Of a DNA stretch of 42,105 nucleotides, positions 33,391 through 42,105 are shown one piece after another. The position numbers and the translations under genes are program-made. Source of the stretch: Nanobdellota archaeon (GTDB lineage: Archaea; Nanobdellota; Nanobdellia; Woesearchaeales; GW2011-AR4); assembly GCA_022565235.1 (NCBI GenBank), contig JADFJW010000002.1, forward strand, positions 1 through 42,105, given 5' to 3'. Below the pieces are notes generated by a model, which was not told the DNA's origin, did not search any database, and saw only the letters and a list, made by a program, of their open reading frames with translations. The stretch's first letter is position 1. Every line of letters starts with the position of its first letter.

Positions 33391-35859
33391 TTACTCTTTC
33401 ACAATCTTCGCAACACTTACCAATTTATCGTTTTCATGCAGGTTAATCAATCTTACTCCTTGCGTGGTCCTTCCTATGATGCTTATCTGGGAAATTGCCA
33501 TTCTTATCGTAATTCCGTTTTTCGTTATGAGCATTATTTGGTTTTCGTCTGTAACCGAGTTTATGGAAACAACTTTACCATTCCTTTCGGAACAAATAAT
33601 ATTTCTTACGCCTGAACCGCCGCGGCTGATTAACCTATATTCGGATATTGCAGTTCTTTTTCCATAACCATTCTCTGTAACAGTAAGCAGTGTTTTGTCT
33701 TCTGTAGCAACGACCATCCCTATAACCCTATCATCTGATGACAGTCTAATGCCTCTTACACCTCGTGATGATCTTCCAGTAGTCCTGACATTATTTTCAT
33801 TGAACTTTACTGCTATGCCATTCCTTGTGGCTATGATTATTTCTTTGCTTCCATCTGTAAGCTTTACATTAATTAACCTATCATTAGTGTCTAGCGTAAT
33901 GGCAACTATTCCCCCCCTTCTTGGATTACTATACGCAGCAAGGCTTGTCTTCTTTATCGTTCCATTCTTTGTCGCCATAATCAGGTATTTAGTGCTATCA
34001 AATGCTTTTACCGGCACGTATGCAGTGACTTTTTCATCACTTTTAAGATTTAGTAAATTAACTATGGCCTTTCCGCGAGCTTGACGAGATGCTTCAGGTA
34101 TATCATAGACTTTTACCCAATGCACTTTTCCTTCATTTGTAAACAAGAGGATATAGGAATGTGTACTTGCAATGAATATATCTCTTACAAAATCCTCTTC
34201 CTTTGTCGTTGTTGCTATGAGGCCTTTACCGCCGCGCTTCTGCTGCCTGTAAGTCTGTAGAAGCTGCCTCTTTATGTAGCCAGAATGAGTAATTGTAATG
34301 ACGCAGTTGCTCTCCTCTATGACGTCTTCCATTTCAAAGCTTTGCGCTTCTGCCTCTAAAATCTCGGTTTTTCTATCATCTCCGTAATTTTGTTTCAGCT
34401 CTAGAAGTTCTTTTTTTATTATATCAAGAATTTTTTGTGGTAATCCTAAAATAATCTTTAATCCTGCTATCAATTTCAGCAAATCTTGGTGTTCTTTCTT
34501 GACTTTTTCCTGCTCCAAAGAAGTTAAACGCTGCAACCTCATCTCCAGGATTGCTGTACTTTGTTCTTCTGAAAGGCTAAAATTAGATATTAAGCTGGTT
34601 TTAGCATCCTCCACTGAATGGGATTCCTTAACCAGTTTTATTGTTTTATCAAGATTATTTAATGCTATAATTAAGCCTTCCAGAATATGGGCTCTTTTTT
34701 GGGCTTTGTTTAAATCAAATAAAGTCCTTTTCCTTACAACATCTTTCCTATGCTCTATGTAATAATGGATTAACTGGCTTAAATTAAGGACTTTAGGGAC
34801 ATTATTCACCAAAGCCACCATAATGATCCCAAATGTAACCTGTAAGCGAGAATGCATGTAAAGCTGATTTAAAAGAACATCAGTATTTACATCTTTTTTT
34901 AATTCAATAAGTATTCTTATCCCGTGCCTGTCAGATTCGTCTCTTATATCTGAGATGCCATTTATTTTTTTGTCTCTTACCAGGTCAGCAATGTGGGTTA
35001 TCATCTCTGCTTTGTTTACCATATAAGGTATTTCTGTAACAATAATTCTTTTTTTGTCTTTTATGTCTTCTATCCGTGTTTTTGCCCTGACGATTACCTT
35101 ACCACGGCCTGTTTTGTAAGCGGCTACGATCCCATTTTTACCGCAAATAGTTGCTCCGGTTGGAAAGTCCGGACCTTTGATGCTCTGCATTAACTCTTCT
35201 ATGCTTATATCTGGATTATCTATTTGTGCTATTACCCCCTCAATTATTTCTGACATGTTATGCGGGGGTATGTTTGTTGCCATACCTACTGCTATTCCGG
35301 AACTGCCATTTACAAGAAGATTTGGAACTTTCGATGGCAGAACTGTCGGTTCTTTTGCAGAATTGTCAAAATTCGGTATAAATTTAACAGTTCTTTTTTC
35401 TATATCCTGCAGCATTTCTTCTGCAAGTTTTGTTAGGCGTACCTCCGAATATCTCATCGCTGCAGCATTATCTCCGTCAATGGAACCAAAATTGCCCTGA
35501 CCATCAACCAGCATGTACCTTAATGAGAAATCCTGGGCCATCCTGACCAAGGTGTCATAGATAGATGCATCTCCATGTGGATGAAATTTAGCCATACAGT
35601 TTCCAACTACATTTGCAGATTTCCTGTATGGTTTGTTATGCAACAAGCTGGATTCAAGCATCGTGTATAAAACACGCCTATGCACTGGCTTTAAGCCGTC
35701 TCTTACATCTGGCAAAGCACGTCCAACAATAACTGACATAGAATAATCCAGGTAAGACTGCTTCATCTCATCCTCTATTACTCTTTGGATTATAGTGGTT
35801 CCTGAGTGGGTATTTTGCTCTTTTTCTGAGCTGTTTTTTTCGTCTGTTTTTTCATCCAT
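33391..35859 (-). CDS. gyrA: DNA gyrase subunit A
   Basis: IEDEMKQSYLDYSMSVIVGRALPDVRDGLKPVHRRVLY, then AAMRYSEVRL with the active-site Tyr region, then C-terminal beta-pinwheel repeats. Length 822 aa. Confidence 0.95.
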   Translation of the reverse strand: MDEKTDEKNSSEKEQNTHSGTTIIQRVIEDEMKQSYLDYSMSVIVGRALPDVRDGLKPVHRRVLYTMLESSLLHNKPYRKSANVVGNCMAKFHPHGDASIYDTLVRMAQDFSLRYMLVDGQGNFGSIDGDNAAAMRYSEVRLTKLAEEMLQDIEKRTVKFIPNFDNSAKEPTVLPSKVPNLLVNGSSGIAVGMATNIPPHNMSEIIEGVIAQIDNPDISIEELMQSIKGPDFPTGATICGKNGIVAAYKTGRGKVIVRAKTRIEDIKDKKRIIVTEIPYMVNKAEMITHIADLVRDKKINGISDIRDESDRHGIRILIELKKDVNTDVLLNQLYMHSRLQVTFGIIMVALVNNVPKVLNLSQLIHYYIEHRKDVVRKRTLFDLNKAQKRAHILEGLIIALNNLDKTIKLVKESHSVEDAKTSLISNFSLSEEQSTAILEMRLQRLTSLEQEKVKKEHQDLLKLIAGLKIILGLPQKILDIIKKELLELKQNYGDDRKTEILEAEAQSFEMEDVIEESNCVITITHSGYIKRQLLQTYRQQKRGGKGLIATTTKEEDFVRDIFIASTHSYILLFTNEGKVHWVKVYDIPEASRQARGKAIVNLLNLKSDEKVTAYVPVKAFDSTKYLIMATKNGTIKKTSLAAYSNPRRGGIVAITLDTNDRLINVKLTDGSKEIIIATRNGIAVKFNENNVRTTGRSSRGVRGIRLSSDDRVIGMVVATEDKTLLTVTENGYGKRTAISEYRLISRGGSGVRNIICSERNGKVVSINSVTDENQIMLITKNGITIRMAISQISIIGRTTQGVRLINLHENDKLVSVAKIVKE

Positions 35860-35999
35860 TTTTTACATAGAAAAACGTATTTTTCTCGACGATAAAAGGT
35901 ATATTTGATGCTTTATAAGTATTACTATTTTTAGACTTTATTTTCTATATGGAAAAGAAATAGACTTTATTTAAGTTTTTATCATATTTTTTCAGAAGA

Positions 36000-36143
36000 T
36001 TATAGTTTTTGAAGGGTATTTGAACGGACAGAAAATGACTTCCCACAATATACACATCTTTTCTTGTTTTTCTCAGAAATAGGTTTTAGTGTCTGATACT
36101 TCATCTTATTCCTGCACTTGGGGCATTGCAAAAGAAACATCAT
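36000..36143 (-). CDS. Small zinc-ribbon protein (47 aa)
   Basis: Not in the ORF track. My translation is MMFLLQCPKCRNKMKYQTLKPISEKNKKRCVYCGKSFSVRSNTLQKL* with a CPxC...CxxC ribbon. It starts 18 nt after the scpB stop. Confidence 0.4.
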   Translation of the reverse strand: MMFLLQCPKCRNKMKYQTLKPISEKNKKRCVYCGKSFSVRSNTLQKL

Positions 36144-36161
36144 TTTCAACAAGATATCTTA

Positions 36162-37205
36162 TTATCCCTTTTCCTTCTTTTTGTTTTCTTCCATTGAAGC
36201 TTCTAAGAGGTCTTTTGGCCCTTCATCTGATGATTTTTCTTTTTCTTCATCCTTTTTTTTATCTCCCTGCCCTTCTTTTTCCGGGTGCAATATTTTTTCT
36301 ACCTTTTCATCTACCAGTTTCTCTTCCTCTTCACCCAATTTAATTCCAGAACCTTCAAATTTTTTCTTTTCCCCTGATTGTGAGTCTTTTTCTTTTATTT
36401 CTTGGAGCCTTTCTCTTTCTTGCTCCAGTTCTTCTTCTGAGGGCTCATCAACAACCTCCAAGTCACCAACTTTTTCTTCTATTACTTGCGTTTTAGGTTT
36501 TTCATCCTTCTTTTTCTGTTTTTCAAAATCAATTCTATTTCCTTCTTCATCTAATAGTCCCGGCCCTTTTTGAAAAGTCTCCAACCTTTCTAAACCTTTC
36601 TCGCTTTCGCTCGAAAGTTTGCTTAATTCCTCATATTTTTGTTTTTCTTCCTCTGCTTTTGCTTTCTGCTCTTCTTTGATTTGTTTAATCTCCGTTTCCT
36701 TATTCTCAATCTCTTTTGCTATGCTTGCAAAGTCCTTAAACACTTCCTTTAATTTTTGTTCCGGAAGATCAAAATACTCAAAGAACTTTTGAGTCAGCTT
36801 TATTAGATTAGTTCTTCCATGCTTCTGTCTGGTTATATAACCCATTTCCTCAAGTTCTTTTAAATGATCATAGGCCTTATTTGTCCTTATATTGATAAGA
36901 TTGGATTGTTTAATGGGATACTTAAATGCTATAACTGCGAGCGTTTCCATTATAGTTTTGCTTAGTTCCGTCTCTGTGACAATTTTCTGAACCAATGGTA
37001 AAAATTGTTCGCGAACAGTGAGCTTCCAGGAATCCCCTTCCTCAATAATCATCACACTAGAATTTTTATCGTCGTATTCTTTCTTCAATTCTTCTAATGA
37101 TTTTTGTATATCTCCAGTTTGGGCATCAGACAACCTAGAAAGTTCTTCCAGACTCATCTTCCTGCCAGAAGAAAATAGCAATGCTTCCAATTTATTTTTC
37201 AGCAT
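36162..37205 (-). CDS. scpB: Segregation and condensation protein B with ~170-aa acidic C-terminal extension
   Basis: LEALLFSSGRKMSLEELSRL and a second wHTH (IAFKYPIKQSNLINIRTNKAYDHLKELEEMGYI) match ScpB. The tail is Glu/Lys/Asp-rich low complexity. Confidence 0.8.
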   Translation of the reverse strand: MLKNKLEALLFSSGRKMSLEELSRLSDAQTGDIQKSLEELKKEYDDKNSSVMIIEEGDSWKLTVREQFLPLVQKIVTETELSKTIMETLAVIAFKYPIKQSNLINIRTNKAYDHLKELEEMGYITRQKHGRTNLIKLTQKFFEYFDLPEQKLKEVFKDFASIAKEIENKETEIKQIKEEQKAKAEEEKQKYEELSKLSSESEKGLERLETFQKGPGLLDEEGNRIDFEKQKKKDEKPKTQVIEEKVGDLEVVDEPSEEELEQERERLQEIKEKDSQSGEKKKFEGSGIKLGEEEEKLVDEKVEKILHPEKEGQGDKKKDEEKEKSSDEGPKDLLEASMEENKKKEKG

Positions 37206-37220
37206 ATTTTGCCCTGTTTA

Positions 37221-37805
37221 TTAAACTAAACTATAAATCCCGTTTTCTTTCTTTATTTTGTTTTCTTTTATTAAAGCATTCAAAATCGTTTCCAGCTCTT
37301 TTTCAGGTATACCTGTAGCTTTTGAAAGATTTTCTTCGCTTAGTCCTCCGGGCGCCAATGATACAAGAATTGTATTACTTGCAGCTTTATTAAGATTTTT
37401 CCTTAAAAAATCATTTTCATTTTTCTGATTTTTTATTATCATATCTACCTCATGCAATCGAGCTTGTAAATCATTTACCAGATTTTCCACTGTTGATTTT
37501 TTCATGACAAACTCTTCTGGCTTGGTTATCTCTACAGAAGAAGGCATATAATCAAAACAAAAAGCTATTAATTTAGGTATTCCTTTAATGATCATATCCA
37601 GTTCAACAAAAGTTGCCCATAATTTTTCTTTTTCAGCTGCTTCTGAAAACTCCGAGTTTAGAATTACAAGATCGGAGTCATTCTTTATTTTATCAACATA
37701 TATTCTTAGCGTTTTTTCTACATGCTCCTTCGGTTTGCCCAATATTTCGATTATAATTCTACATCTAATATGGGCCTGCTCTGCAATTAATTTTTCTTCT
37801 GGCAT
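37221..37805 (-). CDS. Hypothetical protein with C-terminal winged-helix, in the position usually occupied by scpA
   Basis: 194 aa. The C-terminal LSEENLSKATGIPEKELETILNALIKENKIKKENGIYSL is wHTH-like. No ScpA N-terminal motif recognised. Confidence 0.5.
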   Translation of the reverse strand: MPEEKLIAEQAHIRCRIIIEILGKPKEHVEKTLRIYVDKIKNDSDLVILNSEFSEAAEKEKLWATFVELDMIIKGIPKLIAFCFDYMPSSVEITKPEEFVMKKSTVENLVNDLQARLHEVDMIIKNQKNENDFLRKNLNKAASNTILVSLAPGGLSEENLSKATGIPEKELETILNALIKENKIKKENGIYSLV

Positions 37806-37936
37806 GAGTTTCTAGAATGGAGTTAGGTTTAAAAATGTTTTGATGTAGAATTAATTGATTTGTAGTCAGTAATGCGTGACAAAAAATTGATGATTATATA
37901 AGAAATTTTTTAAAAGTGGCTTAATTTCTATCTAGT

Positions 37937-38575
37937 ATGACTAATATTATTCATTGGCTTTTGCCAAAAGAGGAAAAATTCTTTTTGATGCTCAGAGACC
38001 AGGCTTCTAATGTTGTTGAGGGGGCTAATGAGTTCAAAAACCTCATTGATAACTATAACTCTTTAAGTGATGTGAAGAGGGGAGAGCTAGTGAAAAAAAT
38101 AAAGGAGATAGAGAGTAAGGGGGATAATATTGTTCATAAGATAATTGGAAGTTTAGATAAGACATTTGTGACACCAATAGATAAAGAAGACATTCATAAT
38201 TTGACTTCCCTGTTGGATGATGTTATAGATTTGATATATGCTGCTTCTATCAGGCTGAAGATTTTTAAGATAAAGATAGTTGACGTGCACATGAAATCTT
38301 CAGCGGATATCATTCAGGATACTATCAAAAAAATAGAGATGGGAGTAATTGGAGTAAGTAAATTAAGAAGTATGAACAGATTTTACATCGATATACACAC
38401 ACTTGAAAATAAGGCAGATGACCTGTACCATAAAGCACTTGAGGACTTATTCAACAACAGGAATCCGGTCGTGATAATAAAATACAAGGAAATTTATGAT
38501 TTCTTGGAAGATATAACAGATAAATGTGAGGATATTGCAAATGTCATAGAAAGCATAGTGGTGAAGCATGCTTGA
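37937..38575 (+). CDS. PhoU-like DUF47 protein (phosphate transport regulator-like)
   Basis: LLPKEEKFF.ML..QA..V..G...F and two DxxxD-type helical repeats fit the family. It overlaps the downstream PiT gene by 8 nt, the conserved DUF47-PiT pairing. Confidence 0.8.
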   Translation: MTNIIHWLLPKEEKFFLMLRDQASNVVEGANEFKNLIDNYNSLSDVKRGELVKKIKEIESKGDNIVHKIIGSLDKTFVTPIDKEDIHNLTSLLDDVIDLIYAASIRLKIFKIKIVDVHMKSSADIIQDTIKKIEMGVIGVSKLRSMNRFYIDIHTLENKADDLYHKALEDLFNNRNPVVIIKYKEIYDFLEDITDKCEDIANVIESIVVKHA

Positions 38576-39569
38576 TTTATTTTTTATGTTAGTGGTTTTT
38601 ACTGTAATTCTTGCTTTGATTTTTGATTTTGGTAATGGTTTGAATGATGCTGCAAATGCTATTGCTACCGTAGTCGCTACAGGGGCCTTGCCATTATGGG
38701 CTGCTGTCTTGATGGCGGCTATAGGGAATTTTGCCGGTGTATTTATTTTTGGTGTTGCGGTAGCTACAACCATAGCTAAAGGTCTAGTTGATCCATCAAT
38801 AGTGACTGTTTATGTAATACTTGGAGGCCTAGTAGGATCTATCTTATGGGTATACGTTGCATCCTATAAAGGTATTCCAGTTTCGGCATCACATTCTTTA
38901 ATTGGTGGTTTTGTAGGGGCTGCCTTTGCTAAAGCAGGTTTAGAATCATTGCAAATGGCAGGTATTTCTAAGGTTCTGATTTTCATAGTTGTTGCTCCGG
39001 TTTTAGGCATGATTGGCGGATTTTTGTTTTTTACTTTGATTATGTGGGTTTTTAGAAGAGCTGATCCCAGAAAGATGAACAGATGGTTTAGACGCCTGCA
39101 GCTTATTTCAGCTTCATCCTATGCCATAACTCATGGAGCGAATGATGCACAAAAAACAATGGGGCTTATTGCAATACTATTGTTTAGCACCGGATTCTTG
39201 GGAGATGAATTTTTTATTCCGTTGTGGGTCATAATTGCATCCTATACAGTAATTTCTCTGGGAACTTTAGCCGGTGGCTGGAGAGTAATAAAAACAATGG
39301 GAGTTAGGTTGACGAAATTGAGGCCTGTCCATGGATTTTGCGCAGAAACTGCTGGTTCGATAGTTCTAGCTTTTACAAGCATAACCGGAATCCCGGTTTC
39401 AACAACTCATGTAATAGCAGGCTCAATAACAGGAGTTGGAGTGACAAGAAGGCTATCTGCAGTAAGGTGGCCAATAGCAAGAAAAATGGTATGGGCGTGG
39501 ATCTTGACAATACCTGCTGCTGCAACTGTTTCCGGAGTTAGTTATTTTTTTATTAGTCTGTTTATTTAA
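38568..39569 (+). CDS. pit: Inorganic phosphate transporter, PiT family
   Basis: GNGLNDAANAIATVV near the N-terminus and the repeated motif HGANDAQKTMG. Multi-TM. Confidence 0.9.
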   Translation: MLDLFFMLVVFTVILALIFDFGNGLNDAANAIATVVATGALPLWAAVLMAAIGNFAGVFIFGVAVATTIAKGLVDPSIVTVYVILGGLVGSILWVYVASYKGIPVSASHSLIGGFVGAAFAKAGLESLQMAGISKVLIFIVVAPVLGMIGGFLFFTLIMWVFRRADPRKMNRWFRRLQLISASSYAITHGANDAQKTMGLIAILLFSTGFLGDEFFIPLWVIIASYTVISLGTLAGGWRVIKTMGVRLTKLRPVHGFCAETAGSIVLAFTSITGIPVSTTHVIAGSITGVGVTRRLSAVRWPIARKMVWAWILTIPAAATVSGVSYFFISLFI

Positions 39570-41282
39570 TCAACGCCTCCATATCAGCACAATATTTATC
39601 AAAACAGATAAAATAATCAGGAATATTGGCACCAGATTTTTTGCTTTTTCCGTGGTTGATTCATAAACAAAACCATAATTGGGCATCAAAATGTTATTGG
39701 CAGTGATTATATTTTCATTGGCAGTTTTTTCATCTTCTATATTTTTATTTGATTGAGTATGTATTACTATGTCCTTTGTTATTTCATTGTTTGTTTTTTG
39801 ATTGTCTTTATTGACCAGAACTTTAATTTTATAATTTCCATCTTCAGCTTCCTCAACCACGTTGATTAAATCAACAATATGCAATGAGTTTGCTTTTAGA
39901 ATGAATTCTTTCTTATTTTCTTCTCTGTCCCCTGAATAAGATTTTGAGCCGCGATATACATAGCTCCATAATTTTATAGGTATGTCGACATTATTGTTGT
40001 TGTCTAATACTACTCTAGTTTTAAATTCTTTATCTACTTCTATATTTTCGTTAAAATCTTGTATGTCGAAATTGAATTTTTTGGCAGAGAAAGGCTTGGA
40101 TTCAACTATTTTAACCTCACACATTGAGTCAGTTAAATCTTCAATCTCAACAACTTCTTCGTCTTCAGAATCTAAGCCGCGAGCTATTATAGTATAATCG
40201 TCGTCATCAAATTCTTCATCGCAATTTGGCTTTATCTGTACAGGTATTGTCAAAGAGTAATTCGTGTATTTTAGTTCCAGATTTATTTTTGATTGCTTGC
40301 TCAACCTTTCTCCTTTATTACTTTCTATCCATACTGCAATACTTTTTTTATTGGTATTGCCTTTGTAGGCATTTAACTTTATCCTTATTGTCTGTCCAAA
40401 TTTTGCTTTTTTATCCTTGCCCAAATCAAAAATCTTTTCTATATCAATAGAAGAATCTTCCCTTAAAGGTTTTCCTTTTATGGTTATAATTCTTGTATCA
40501 AAATTATTTTTTGAGTTAGTATCGTTACACTGTACAGTTACATTAGAATCCATAAAATAAGATTTTCCTTCCTCTAAATTGGGTGTGAATTCACTTGAAG
40601 TTCTCTGCCGGGTTATAGATTGGTTAGTAAATGGTTTATACTCCCTTATCAATTTACCATTAAGGTCTTCTATTTTAGCTCTCAGGGTAAAATTAGTTTT
40701 CTGCCCAGATATTTTTGATGTCCTTATCCTAAAAGAAAATTCCGAGGAATTGTCAAATACAGTTTTTGCAAGAATGAATTCTACCGCATAGTCGCAACCC
40801 GATAATAAGCTCCCATCATTAGCAAAACCTGGAGTGGGATTTGCTTTATGCAGGCTTCCATTTAAATATGCCCAACTTAAATCCTCTGTAGTTTTATTGT
40901 AAGTCTTTTTATCAATAAGGTTTCCATTGGTGTCATAAAGATATATTGTTTCTCCATCATTTTTTAAACCATTTCCAATGGCGCCATCATCAACATAAAG
41001 CCTTATTGCATCACTACTTACATTAAAATTATTATAGACGCGGGTTTTATCATCGGTTATTATTGCATATCCAAATGCAGGTATTATAGTTCCTTCTTTA
41101 TTGAATAAACCACCTTCAATGATATCAATATCACTATCATCTCCGATGCTCCAATTGCTTACATTAACTTCTACGCTATCATTATTATATATCTCTATCC
41201 ATTCATTTAAGGACTCATCTGTAATATCGCCAGGAGGGTTAGCCATTATCTCATTAATAATCATCGCATTAGAAATCTGCAT
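39570..41282 (-). CDS. Lamin-tail-domain (LTD) surface protein with C-terminal TM anchor
   Basis: IINEIMANPPGDITDESLNEWIEIYNNDSVEVNVSNWSIGD is the LTD signature. The C-terminal helix is LVPIFLIILSVLINIVLIW. Confidence 0.7.
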   Translation of the reverse strand: MQISNAMIINEIMANPPGDITDESLNEWIEIYNNDSVEVNVSNWSIGDDSDIDIIEGGLFNKEGTIIPAFGYAIITDDKTRVYNNFNVSSDAIRLYVDDGAIGNGLKNDGETIYLYDTNGNLIDKKTYNKTTEDLSWAYLNGSLHKANPTPGFANDGSLLSGCDYAVEFILAKTVFDNSSEFSFRIRTSKISGQKTNFTLRAKIEDLNGKLIREYKPFTNQSITRQRTSSEFTPNLEEGKSYFMDSNVTVQCNDTNSKNNFDTRIITIKGKPLREDSSIDIEKIFDLGKDKKAKFGQTIRIKLNAYKGNTNKKSIAVWIESNKGERLSKQSKINLELKYTNYSLTIPVQIKPNCDEEFDDDDYTIIARGLDSEDEEVVEIEDLTDSMCEVKIVESKPFSAKKFNFDIQDFNENIEVDKEFKTRVVLDNNNNVDIPIKLWSYVYRGSKSYSGDREENKKEFILKANSLHIVDLINVVEEAEDGNYKIKVLVNKDNQKTNNEITKDIVIHTQSNKNIEDEKTANENIITANNILMPNYGFVYESTTEKAKNLVPIFLIILSVLINIVLIWRR

Positions 41283-41328
41283 TGAAATTATAAATAATAT
41301 TAAATAAATAATTTATAGATTAAAAAGA

Positions 41329-41934
41329 GTGATGGATAAAAGAAAAATAAACTGGTTGATTTTACTATTTACTATAGTTTATACTGTTGGTGCGGGAATT
41401 TATTTTCTTAGTATTGGTAATTATGAATTTTTATTGTACGTTGGAATTTTAGGTGTTTTGATAGTATCAATGATTTTTTTGCATAAAAAATTTAAATTTA
41501 GTTCATGGGTTTTGTTTGGAAGTAGTTTATGGGGTATTTTACATATGTTAGGGGGAGGTTTGTATATCAAGGGAACTAGACTCTATAATTATATTTTGTT
41601 TGATCTTTATAGCGGAGAAATTCCGGGCATGCAAATTTTAAAATACGACCAGTTTATGCATTTTTATACATATGTTGTGATGACTTTTATTCTGTTTTAC
41701 ATCATAAAGAATTATTTGAAAAAAGACGCCAATTGGAAAGTTATTTTCGCTATATTGATTTTGGCAAGTGTAGGAGTTGGGTCCATGAACGAGATTATTG
41801 AATTTATTCCTGTTGTATTCTTTGACAACACTGGAGTTGGAGGATATCATAATACTTTATTAGACATTATTTTTAACACACTGGGAGCAATTGTTGGTGT
41901 TATATGGTTGAATTGGAAAAGGAAGTTGGTTTAA
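41329..41934 (+). CDS. Integral membrane protein (DUF2238-like, tentative)
   Basis: About 6 TM helices with SMNEIIEF and HNTLLDIIFNTLGA motifs reminiscent of the YjdF/DUF2238 family. Confidence 0.5.
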   Translation: MMDKRKINWLILLFTIVYTVGAGIYFLSIGNYEFLLYVGILGVLIVSMIFLHKKFKFSSWVLFGSSLWGILHMLGGGLYIKGTRLYNYILFDLYSGEIPGMQILKYDQFMHFYTYVVMTFILFYIIKNYLKKDANWKVIFAILILASVGVGSMNEIIEFIPVVFFDNTGVGGYHNTLLDIIFNTLGAIVGVIWLNWKRKLV

Positions 41935-41971
41935 ATAAAGAAATTTAAATAGTTCTTGAAATTACTGATTC

Positions 41972-42105
41972 TATGAAATCAAAAAAAATTATTACAAAAA
42001 GCAAACAAGGGAAAAAGAACCGAGCGGCCGGAGCTAGATTTGAATTGAAAGTTAGAAATAATCTAGAATCTGAAGGATGGATTATAGATAAATGGACTAA
42101 TAATT
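41972..42105 (+). CDS. Hjc-like Holliday junction resolvase / PD-(D/E)xK nuclease, N-terminal part (runs off the right edge)
   Basis: My translation is MKSKKIITKSKQGKKNRAAGARFELKVRNNLESEGWIIDKWTNN. The pattern G..FE......LE..GW.. resembles the Hjc N-terminus (KG...ERE....L...GF). Confidence 0.4.

Noticed and set aside
36089-36573. Plus-strand ORFs (84 and 151 aa) opposite the scpB tail.
   Set aside because: These are Ser/Phe-rich antisense shadows of the Glu/Lys-rich scpB extension.

Overview
This is an AT-rich window (roughly one-third G+C by eye), densely coding, and it reads as a small-genome archaeal chromosome, most plausibly DPANN-like (inference). Archaeal markers include aIF5B, aEF-1beta with its partner Zn-ribbon gene, TFS, Trm1, Taw1/TYW1, a class I CCA-adding enzyme, archaeal-type riboflavin synthase and CTP-dependent riboflavin kinase, RtcA, a Drg GTPase and a Sec11-type signal peptidase. 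Several genes look bacterial-type: TrpRS, GyrA, ScpB and trimeric dUTPase. Other content includes Tmk, a metallophosphoesterase, and a MoxR AAA+/vWA pair at the end of a long minus-strand gene string (cca, sugar nucleotidyltransferase, DedA, polyprenol-kinase-like). There is also a Na+/H+ antiporter, a PhoU-like/PiT phosphate transporter pair, and a PQQ-type sugar dehydrogenase co-oriented with ribK-ribC-ribH. Secreted or surface proteins include a coiled-coil protein, a lamin-tail-domain protein and a CARDB-like protein. Two paralogous Lys/Glu-rich proteins and three orphan ORFs are present. I found no rRNA, tRNA, CRISPR array, integrase, transposase, reverse transcriptase or cas gene. The most unusual signal is non-coding. 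Five oversized intergenic regions, four of them between divergent gene starts and one directly upstream of dut, carry dense perfect hairpins. One is a 178-bp, roughly 54% G+C element with 15-bp terminal inverted repeats and perfect 9-bp flanking direct repeats, which is MITE-like. The others are a tandem pair of nested hairpins, a run of three back-to-back perfect hairpins, a structured dut leader that is partly duplicated 19 kb away, and a G+C-enriched hairpin array. All product calls rest on motif recognition by eye. No database search or RNA folding was possible.
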